Shown here piece by piece: positions 18,859 to 26,049 of a DNA stretch of 49,600 bases. Position numbers and translations under genes: made by a program. Under the pieces are notes generated by a model. It ran no database searches, was not told the origin of the DNA, and was given only the letters and a program-made list of their open reading frames with translations. Source of the stretch: Candidatus Nomurabacteria bacterium (GTDB lineage Bacteria; Patescibacteriota; Minisyncoccia; Phycocordibacterales; UBA9973); NCBI GenBank assembly GCA_028286485.1, contig JAQBRM010000007.1, positions 1 through 49,600 on the forward strand, given 5' to 3'. Every line of letters begins with the position of its first letter. Within the stretch, counting starts at the first letter, position 1.

Positions 18859-19422
18859 TTAATATTTTCGCATGACACTGCGCACGATACCGACGATGCT
18901 GAGCTCATATTCGGGATAGATCGGCTTGTAGTTTTTATTGGCCGGTTCCAACCATAGCTTGCTTGCCTTGGTGCGCAAATACTTCATGGTGAATTCCCCA
19001 TCAACTTGCGCGATGACAATGTCACCATCCTTGGCCGTCGCAGTTCGCTCAACAATCACAATATCCCCATCGGCAATATGGGCTTCGATCATGGAGTCCC
19101 CGTCCACTTCGAACAGATAGGTCGATGCTTTCTTTGGTACGAGATACTCTTCGATATTCAAGCTGTCATTCAATACGTCTCCGGGAGCGGGCAAGCCGGC
19201 TTTGATAAAACCGACCATGGGAATCTCATTGAAGCTGGTAGAAGGAATAAGCTTGCCGAGCCTGTCCTTGGTCACGATGCCGGCGGCAATCATTTTCGTC
19301 ACCACACGATAGACCGCATTCTTGGACTTGAAGTCGAACAGCTTCATCATTTCCGCATACGTCGGCATACGGCGGTGTGATTGATAGAATGAGAGCAATT
19401 TTTCCTTGTAGTCTGGTGACAT
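18859..19422 (-). CDS. lexA: LexA repressor (wHTH + S24 peptidase)
   Basis: PTYAEM...KSKNAV HTH, Ala-Gly site (IKAGLP), GDSM Ser, FTMK Lys. Confidence 0.88.
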   Translation of the reverse strand: MSPDYKEKLLSFYQSHRRMPTYAEMMKLFDFKSKNAVYRVVTKMIAAGIVTKDRLGKLIPSTSFNEIPMVGFIKAGLPAPGDVLNDSLNIEEYLVPKKASTYLFEVDGDSMIEAHIADGDIVIVERTATAKDGDIVIAQVDGEFTMKYLRTKASKLWLEPANKNYKPIYPEYELSIVGIVRSVMRKY

Positions 19423-19614
19423 GTTAAAAACTTAGACGATATCGCAGAAACGATAAAAATGAGAATTTATTTCGGCTGGTAAACTTGTGCGCTCGAGGTT
19501 GTACTAACAGTATAGTACTATTTTCGCCCGTGCGCTCGGTGAATAGCGTTTCCAGGCGGTTAAGTTCATTATTGAGTGCTTGTTGGAATGGAGTGATTTT
19601 CATACTAGTGATTG

Positions 19615-19803
19615 TTATGCGAATAATGAAAACCGGCCAAACAGTCCATTGCCTCGGCGCTGCTCGCGAAGCTTCCGTAGCAATGCGCGGTGCCTCTGAG
19701 ACTCTTCGACATAGCGCTGACCGCTCATGATCTTGGCGTCTATGCGTTCGTTCAAGACCTTTATCTGACGCTCCAATGTGGTGATGTATTGATGTTGTGA
19801 CAT
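19615..19803 (-). CDS. Small basic helical protein upstream of lexA
   Basis: 62-aa ATG ORF with a near-consensus promoter containing an SOS-type box. Confidence 0.75.
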   Translation of the reverse strand: MSQHQYITTLERQIKVLNERIDAKIMSGQRYVEESQRHRALLRKLREQRRGNGLFGRFSLFA

Positions 19804-19842
19804 ATATTTTATAAATAATTACTCCTTAATAACTATAGTATT

Positions 19843-19871
19843 AGTATAGGTGAACGTTCGTTCACATGCAA
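19843..19871 (-). promoter_or_regulatory. Sigma70 promoter with LexA-type operator in the spacer
   Basis: TTGCAT-17-TATACT; spacer holds GTGAAC-GTTC-GTTCAC (19850-19865), i.e. GAAC-N4-GTTC. Confidence 0.75.
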
Positions 19872-19880
19872 GCAATAAGG

Positions 19881-19889
19881 TGTGGATAA
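19881..19889 (-). promoter_or_regulatory. Consensus DnaA box
   Basis: TGTGGATAA = TTATCCACA, single copy here. Confidence 0.4.
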
Positions 19890-19965
19890 CCCTACCCCTA
19901 CTCTCTTCATCCTTGCTAAAGTCAGGGTGAAGTTGTATCGTAAGATAAACCTAAAAATCATTGAA

Positions 19966-20280
19966 ATGAAAAAGAAGATAAATAAGATCATTCACCTGTG
20001 GCATGTATTATTTCCTTTCCATAGCAAGAATATGAACGAATTCATTGCCATGGCAAAAAAGGAATCATTTGAATTGATAAGGATAGAGGGTAAAGATATT
20101 GTGGTGTGTACGGCCCAAAACTTGGAAGGGCGTACGATAATCTACAGAGAAAATTGTTTTAAGAAGGGCGCTCTTGAACCGAAAGAAATTATTGAGAAAT
20201 TAAAAAAAGGTCTTCCATATACACAAATAATCGAGTATATGGAAATACCAAGAAGGTATTCTCTTTTTAAGGTCAAGTAA
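19966..20280 (+). CDS. Hypothetical protein (AT-rich)
   Basis: ORF from ATG 19966 (track extends to GTG 19882), followed by a terminator. Confidence 0.5.
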   Translation: MKKKINKIIHLWHVLFPFHSKNMNEFIAMAKKESFELIRIEGKDIVVCTAQNLEGRTIIYRENCFKKGALEPKEIIEKLKKGLPYTQIIEYMEIPRRYSLFKVK

Positions 20281-20309
20281 AGGTCATTCCATTTGGAATG
20301 ACCTTTTTT
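20279..20309 (+). terminator. Intrinsic terminator
   Basis: AAAGGTCATTCCA-TT-TGGAATGACCTTTTTT. Confidence 0.85.
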
Positions 20310-20341
20310 ATTTCCCCTTTATTTTTGTATACTGTATAGCG

Positions 20342-20965
20342 ATGAATGAGACACAGGAAATCATAAGGCAGTTGGGTGCCCTCTCGTATGGAGGAGTTTT
20401 TATTGTGTCACTGTTGGCCAATATAGTGATTCCGGTGCCGGAAGAAGTGGCATTGTTGGTTATTGGTTTTGCGGCACGAGCCGGCGGGTTCAGTCTTTTC
20501 TTGATTATTCCCATTGTCATGGCGGGATTGCTGACCAGTGACATTGCGCTGTATTATGCCTCCCGCAGAGGCAACCGGCTCGTGACCGGTTTTTATAACC
20601 GTATTTTTAAAAACCGTTTGACCGAGCGTCAGCAGTGGCTGGAGGATAATGTCAAAAAGGTTATTTTCTTCTCCCGTTTTTTAGTGCAACTGCGTTTCTT
20701 GGGACCGTTTTTCGCCGGTCAGACCAAAGTATCATGGAAAACCTTCATTACCTATGAGCTGGCAGCGCTTATTATCTACGTGCCGTTGGTAGTGGGTATC
20801 GGCTGGTTCTTCCATAGCGGTATTGAAAATATCATTAGCGGTATTAATGTGCTACGCAACGTATTCTTGATTTTCTTGGGATTACTCTTCCTCTTTTCCT
20901 TATACGAATCAATTCGTATAAATACGTTTGGTAAGCGTACTCGCAAGAAGAACAAGAAAAAATAG
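20342..20965 (+). CDS. DedA family membrane protein
   Basis: IPVPEE, SDIALY, FFSRFLVQLRF. Confidence 0.9.
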   Translation: MNETQEIIRQLGALSYGGVFIVSLLANIVIPVPEEVALLVIGFAARAGGFSLFLIIPIVMAGLLTSDIALYYASRRGNRLVTGFYNRIFKNRLTERQQWLEDNVKKVIFFSRFLVQLRFLGPFFAGQTKVSWKTFITYELAALIIYVPLVVGIGWFFHSGIENIISGINVLRNVFLIFLGLLFLFSLYESIRINTFGKRTRKKNKKK

Positions 20966-20971
20966 CACGGT

Positions 20972-21000
20972 AAAAGCCTTCCCGGAACGGGAAGGCTTTT
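20972..21000. terminator. Intrinsic terminator
   Basis: AAAAGCCTTCCCG-GAA-CGGGAAGGCTTTT. Confidence 0.85.
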
Positions 21001-21132
21001 ACGAGAAAACTGTCATTTATTATATTTATTTGTTGAAGAAAAATTATTGTTATGAATCTATAGGCAGTTTGGATATTACGTTGGTAATCATCGACACATA
21101 AGGTCTCTATCGGTTTGTTATTCAGTTGTTAT

Positions 21133-21465
21133 TCAGTTGTGAGGGGCTTGTATGCCCGCTTGTTGCAATATTTGTTGTGCGGCTGTATCACTGCCGTTCT
21201 CGTGAAGCTTGTAGGCATGAACAAGCGCATCAAACTGGGTATGGGTAATCGCTTGGGCTCCCGGCTTTCCCTTTATGGCATTGGCAAAGGCATTGTAATC
21301 ATCACTTTCAATGGCTTTGCCAACAGTTTCGTGTAGCAACGGAGCACTCATTTTTTGCACCCAAGCAGGCTGTTGTTCGGCCGCAAACCCTGTAGAGGTA
21401 ATTGCACCGGCATACACCATGCCGAGGAGCCCGCAAAGAAGAATCTTTCGTGTTGCTACTGTCAT
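21133..21465 (-). CDS. Secreted small helical protein downstream of the anti-sigma
   Basis: Signal peptide ending GFA-AE; AIESDDYNAF helical body. Confidence 0.8.
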   Translation of the reverse strand: MTVATRKILLCGLLGMVYAGAITSTGFAAEQQPAWVQKMSAPLLHETVGKAIESDDYNAFANAIKGKPGAQAITHTQFDALVHAYKLHENGSDTAAQQILQQAGIQAPHN

Positions 21466-21532
21466 ATTACTTATGAATTACTAATAAATTACTTATATGA
21501 GACGCTGCTTATGGACATCTCATGCCTAATCA

Positions 21533-21558
21533 TACGTCAGCTAAAAAACTTTCTTTCA
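21533..21558 (-). promoter_or_regulatory. Putative ECF sigma promoter
   Basis: TGAAAG-N16-CGTA. Confidence 0.7.
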
Positions 21559-21561
21559 CTT

Positions 21562-22344
21562 TTATTTCGAAATGTACTGCTGTAGGATCTCATCACAAGA
21601 AATTGCTTGTTGGGAGCCGGTAAAAGACTCGGCCACCGAAGGTTGAGCGGGAAAAAGCTCCCATGGCAGGACGCGACAGGCGAGAAAGGAGTGGCTGGCA
21701 GTAATAGCCCCCACAATACGAACAGCATTTCCTACCTGTAATAATACAGGGTCTGGAGCAGAGGAGAGCTTACTGATGTCCACAGTCCATACAAATCCAT
21801 TAAAAGCCCTTATTGTTAGCGTGGTGGGGCTTGTAGCGCTGACAACACCGGAAATACGGCCTTCCGTGGGGCTATTCCAGACGTATTCTTGTTGATTTTG
21901 AGTTGGGTGACGATAGTACGTTTCCACCCCATCATTCAGCGAATTGGCGGTCATGGCATAGAACAACATACCGATGATAATACTGCTCGCCACACTGATT
22001 AGCAGCAACTGTAGGGCCGTATGGCGATACCCCGTATTGGTTTTGCGCAGTAATGCGATAGTGATCAATGAGAAGAGTGCGAATGAAATAATCCATAATA
22101 ACGGGATAATAGCGATAAATACCAGCGGACCCCTATATTGGACATACTCTCTATTTTCCCAATGGGCATGCAAAATGCCGTACAATCCTCCAGCTATGGT
22201 ATAGGCTCCCAAGAGTGTGGTGATTACACCGGGAATCCACATCAATGTATTTCGCACCCTGAAATACCATTTCGGTCGCGGGGTGACTTTTTGCTGATCG
22301 ATAGCGGCAATGATTTTTTCGGTTGTATTAGATGTTGGTTCCAT
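21562..22344 (-). CDS. Putative anti-sigma membrane protein
   Basis: Overlaps the ECF sigma stop; PRPKWYF, about 3 TM, extracytoplasmic beta domain. Start set at ATG 22344. Confidence 0.7.
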   Translation of the reverse strand: MEPTSNTTEKIIAAIDQQKVTPRPKWYFRVRNTLMWIPGVITTLLGAYTIAGGLYGILHAHWENREYVQYRGPLVFIAIIPLLWIISFALFSLITIALLRKTNTGYRHTALQLLLISVASSIIIGMLFYAMTANSLNDGVETYYRHPTQNQQEYVWNSPTEGRISGVVSATSPTTLTIRAFNGFVWTVDISKLSSAPDPVLLQVGNAVRIVGAITASHSFLACRVLPWELFPAQPSVAESFTGSQQAISCDEILQQYISK

Positions 22345-22906
22345 AGTCGGCAATCTTTTTTTGTAATTGTTTCTTGGCTCTATTGATACGCACCGCCACG
22401 GTACCGGCGGGGATTTTTAAAATATCAGCGATCTCTTCATATGATTTCTCCTCAAAAAAACGCAGGAGCAGGATTTCTTTGTATTTTTCATCAAGACCAT
22501 TGAGTGTGTTGATAATGTACTTTTTTTGTTCTTCATTACTGAAACGGGTGGTGAGGTCATCGTCGGACATGAGCTTGGTGACAATATCTTGGGCATCGTC
22601 ATCGAGCGACAGCGTGGCCCGCCGCTTCTCACGACGATACCAATCAATCATTTCGTTATGGGCGATGCGATAGATCCAAGAGGAAAATAATAGCGTCGTA
22701 TCATAGTCATTGAGGTTGCGATAGACCTTTATAAAAATATTTTGCAGCAAGTCCTCGATATCATCACTGGTGGCCAAGCTGCGCCGCCGGATGTATCGAG
22801 TCAATTTTGGCACGTATCGATCAACCAGCAATGCGAAATACTCAGAATCTTTCTTGCATTCAATGACAATCGCTTCATCGGAAAGCTGACCGGTATCTTG
22901 GAGCAT
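22328..22906 (-). CDS. ECF RNA polymerase sigma factor (SigW/SigE-like)
   Basis: EDLLQNIFIKVY, FSSWIYRIAHN, KSYEEIADILKIPAGTVAVRINRAK. Confidence 0.95.
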   Translation of the reverse strand: MLQDTGQLSDEAIVIECKKDSEYFALLVDRYVPKLTRYIRRRSLATSDDIEDLLQNIFIKVYRNLNDYDTTLLFSSWIYRIAHNEMIDWYRREKRRATLSLDDDAQDIVTKLMSDDDLTTRFSNEEQKKYIINTLNGLDEKYKEILLLRFFEEKSYEEIADILKIPAGTVAVRINRAKKQLQKKIADYGTNI

Positions 22907-22916
22907 TTTTATAGTA

Positions 22917-22943
22917 TACGACAGAAATCGCTATTTACTTTCA
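22917..22943 (-). promoter_or_regulatory. Putative autoregulatory ECF promoter
   Basis: TGAAAG-N17-CGTA, ending 10 nt before the sigma ATG. Confidence 0.7.
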
Positions 22944-23536
22944 TGTGAATTGTCGTGCGTTTTCACATAGTTATCATAGGCGGTTTGATAATGCATGACA
23001 GTCTCGTCTTTTGGAAAATAATGCGATGTTGTTTTGCTCCCCGGAATGTTTTCCGGATCTGATAAAACATCCAATACATGCCCATCTGCCAGCGTAGCCT
23101 TTCCTTCCGCTACACGCTGAATAAGCCATTCCCTATAATTTTTAAAATAAACTTGAATATTTCTGACATCATCAAGTTCCAAGGCAGTGTTTGGGTTTTC
23201 GTCAATAAATTGCTGAAGCATTTCCTGCGCCTTATTCCCTCTGTCTAATTCCTCACTGCCTCTTAACTTTTTTGCTTCAAGCCAATCCAAGTAGTGGTCC
23301 CACGCATGTTTCTTTTCAATTCTTATTTCTATATTGTTTTCCTTATGATGTACCGTTTCTGTTTTATCTCCCGGTTTATCCGGTGTTTCAGTATGATGCT
23401 CGGTGGCCAGTGCTCCTGTTGAAGCGGCCGCCAGCCCTACCGCCATAGCCGCTTTTCTCATCCAACTTGGTGTTTCAATGCTTGATGTCTCTTTTTCCTC
23501 GTTATTTTGCGGTATTGGTGGGTTTTCCATGCTCAT
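22931..23536 (-). CDS. Hypothetical exported/anchored protein
   Basis: Acidic N-terminus, then RK + Ala-rich hydrophobic segment; TATACT 7 nt before the ATG. Confidence 0.7.
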   Translation of the reverse strand: MSMENPPIPQNNEEKETSSIETPSWMRKAAMAVGLAAASTGALATEHHTETPDKPGDKTETVHHKENNIEIRIEKKHAWDHYLDWLEAKKLRGSEELDRGNKAQEMLQQFIDENPNTALELDDVRNIQVYFKNYREWLIQRVAEGKATLADGHVLDVLSDPENIPGSKTTSHYFPKDETVMHYQTAYDNYVKTHDNSHESK

Positions 23537-23646
23537 ATACCCCAGTATATACCACTTCTCAAGAAATTCTAAAGCATTTCAGGGGGTCTTCCCCACTTTC
23601 AGCTCGTTTTTTAAAAATCCTTATCTTATAATGAATATATAACCAT

Positions 23647-24321
23647 ATGCGTATTTTATTGATTGAAGATGACACTGAGACTCAGGAATTCTTACTGAGA
23701 CGATTGGAAGAGAAAGGGTTTGCTGTTGATATTGCCAAGACCGGCAACCGGGGCATATTTCTTGCCAAAACAAATGAGTATGATGTCATTCTTTTGGACT
23801 ATGGGTTGCCGGAAAAGAACGGCTTCATGGTCTGTGAGGAAATACGGAGCAGTGGCAAGCATACCCCCATTATCATGATATCGGTCAGTGATGCCGTGGA
23901 TTACAAAATCAAAGGCCTGACTGCCGGCGCCGATGACTATGTGGCCAAGCCGTTTTACTTTGAGGAATTATTCGCGCGCATCCAAGCCATGCTGCGTCGA
24001 CCGGCTGTCCTGGAAAGCAGCTTTTACAGCATCGATGATTTGAAGGTGGACATCGATCGCCAAACGGTCATGCGAGCCAATGCGCCTATTTATCTGACAC
24101 GCAAAGAGTTCTCATTGTTGGAATATTTATTGAAACATACCGGCACGGTGGTAACACGCGGCGAACTCATGGAGCATATTTGGGATATGACACTCGACCC
24201 CTTTTCCAATACCATTGAAACCCATGTGCTTAATCTTCGTCGCAAGATCGAGCAACCGTCAAAAATCAAACTAATTCATAGCATCCCGGGTCGCGGTTAC
24301 AAAATCGATCTTATACGATAA
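23647..24321 (+). CDS. OmpR/PhoB family response regulator
   Basis: LIEDD, LLDYGLP, GADDYVAKPF, LTRKEF, HVLNLRRK, GRGY. Confidence 0.96.
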   Translation: MRILLIEDDTETQEFLLRRLEEKGFAVDIAKTGNRGIFLAKTNEYDVILLDYGLPEKNGFMVCEEIRSSGKHTPIIMISVSDAVDYKIKGLTAGADDYVAKPFYFEELFARIQAMLRRPAVLESSFYSIDDLKVDIDRQTVMRANAPIYLTRKEFSLLEYLLKHTGTVVTRGELMEHIWDMTLDPFSNTIETHVLNLRRKIEQPSKIKLIHSIPGRGYKIDLIR

Positions 24322-24371
24322 TTTAGAAAAACTTCGGCTAAATTTTATCACTGATTTTCTATACTACAGGG

Positions 24372-24404
24372 GCTATTGGTCGAATAGCACATACTAGCTA
24401 TAAT
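24372..24404 (+). promoter_or_regulatory. Promoter of the peptide gene with an inverted repeat over -35
   Basis: TTGGTC(24376)-17-TATAAT(24399); GCTATT-N5-AATAGC at 24372-24388. Confidence 0.55.
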
Positions 24405-24421
24405 TACTCCATTATTCCCCT

Positions 24422-24535
24422 ATGAATAAATTAGTAGAAACCATGCTTGCCACCCCCTCCGCCCGCAATGCCGAAACCCTGAAAACGGTAGCCCTGTCCC
24501 AGAGCACGTTCACCCCTTGGGAAGGTACCGAATAA
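24422..24535 (+). CDS. ComX-like precursor peptide, 37 aa (not in ORF track)
   Basis: MNKLVETMLATPSARNAETLKTVALSQSTFTPWEGTE*; single Trp fifth from the C-terminus; lies between RR and HK. Confidence 0.75.
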   Translation: MNKLVETMLATPSARNAETLKTVALSQSTFTPWEGTE

Positions 24536-24555
24536 ATCCCATACGGACCCATACA

Positions 24556-26049
24556 ATGAATACTCGTCATCGATTAAGCCATTCCTTCCTTTCTTTCAAG
24601 GCTTTATTCGACCGCGGTATTCATTTTATGTATAGGCGGTGCATCGCTCCGCGCTCCGACACGGAAGATGAGAAACGCCATGAATTCATCCTCAACACCA
24701 TTTTGTGCGGCATTATCCCACTGCTCATTATTCTGGATACTTTTATTGCCCATGCGGCTCTGGAGCAACGCAATGCATATCAAGGAGTGCCGTTTCCCAT
24801 CTTTAGTTTTATTGTCATTCTGTTTGTCTATCTCCTTATTCTGTCTCGCAATACCTACCATAGGCTGGCCAGCTTTATCCTGATCGGCTTGTATTTCATC
24901 AGTACGACGTATGGCGCGATTCATTGGGGTATTGAATTACCGCTCGTGGCTATCAGCTATGTCGTCATTATCGTGATTTCCAGTATTTTAATTTCCACGC
25001 GGTTTGGCTTCTTTGTCACCTCTACGATTACCCTTACGATCATTGCCATCTGTGAACTGCAACTGCATCAGATAGTACATCCATCGCTGCAATGGAAATA
25101 TGCGTCCATAAGCATTCATGACCCTATTCAGCTCTCGGTGATATTTTTCCTCATCACCATTATCTCTTGGCTGTCCAATAGGGAAATGGAACGGTCATTG
25201 ATCCGAGCACGGGCATCCGAACACTTGCTGGTGGAAGAAAGAAATCTCTTGGAGATAAAAGTCGAGGAACGCACCAAGGAATTGAAGGAGGTGCAGCATG
25301 ATAAAGTGGCACAACTCTATCGCGTGGCGGAATTTGGCCGCATCTCAGCCGGCGTATTCCATGATTTGATGAACTCTCTGCAAGTAGTGGTATCAAATAT
25401 CAGCCAAGTGGAGGCGGGACCCGAACATCTGCCGGAAGTAAGGTTGCAGCTGGCCAAGACCGTGGCGGCCAGCAAGCGCATGGGCCGCTACATTGATACC
25501 GTGCGCAAACAAATCAGAAATGATGATACTCTTGCCGCAGAATTCTCAGTGGAAAAAGAAATTACCGACGCGATGGATATGTTGCAATTTCACGCTCGTA
25601 AGGCAAACGTGTCACTGCATTTCATCAAGAAACATTCCCTGATCTTGCATGGCAATCCCTTGAAATTTTACCAAGCCATTCTTAACCTGTTAGCCAATGC
25701 CATTGATGCCTGCGATGACAATGATAAACAGGGACAGATAGACATTATCCTCCAGTCTCACATACAAAATACCCATGCTGTTGTTATCATTCGGGATAAC
25801 GGGTGCGGCATACCCGTTGATGTCCTAGACCATATCTTTGATCAATTTTTCACCACCAAGGGCGCTCATAAAGGCATCGGCTTAGGCCTGTCCCAAACCA
25901 AGGAAATTATCGAGAAGGAATTCAAGGGAACCATTACGGTGACCAGCGAAGAATATCGCGGCACGACATTTACCATTACCCTGCCCATCATTCATGACAC
26001 CATTCAATTATCAGCCGGCGCTGCAATACCTGCTCTCACAACAACATGA
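24556..26049 (+). CDS. Multi-TM sensor histidine kinase
   Basis: About 6 TM; H box FHDLMNSL, N NLLANAIDA, G1 DNGCGI, F FFTTK, G2 GIGLGL. Start set at ATG 24556. Confidence 0.93.
   Translation: MNTRHRLSHSFLSFKALFDRGIHFMYRRCIAPRSDTEDEKRHEFILNTILCGIIPLLIILDTFIAHAALEQRNAYQGVPFPIFSFIVILFVYLLILSRNTYHRLASFILIGLYFISTTYGAIHWGIELPLVAISYVVIIVISSILISTRFGFFVTSTITLTIIAICELQLHQIVHPSLQWKYASISIHDPIQLSVIFFLITIISWLSNREMERSLIRARASEHLLVEERNLLEIKVEERTKELKEVQHDKVAQLYRVAEFGRISAGVFHDLMNSLQVVVSNISQVEAGPEHLPEVRLQLAKTVAASKRMGRYIDTVRKQIRNDDTLAAEFSVEKEITDAMDMLQFHARKANVSLHFIKKHSLILHGNPLKFYQAILNLLANAIDACDDNDKQGQIDIILQSHIQNTHAVVIIRDNGCGIPVDVLDHIFDQFFTTKGAHKGIGLGLSQTKEIIEKEFKGTITVTSEEYRGTTFTITLPIIHDTIQLSAGAAIPALTTT

Noticed and set aside
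19843..19900. Replication origin at the DnaA box
   Set aside because: Only one box, no cluster, no dnaA/dnaN nearby.
18859..20280. Prophage repressor/cro switch
   Set aside because: No phage genes nearby; the protein and operator fit chromosomal LexA.
21115..21140. 11-bp tandem repeat TTGTTATTCAG x2.4
   Set aside because: Short duplication over a stop codon; not a CRISPR or functional array.
24517..24555. ORF-track TTG start extending the histidine kinase
   Set aside because: It overlaps the peptide ORF; ATG 24556, 20 nt after the peptide stop, is more plausible.
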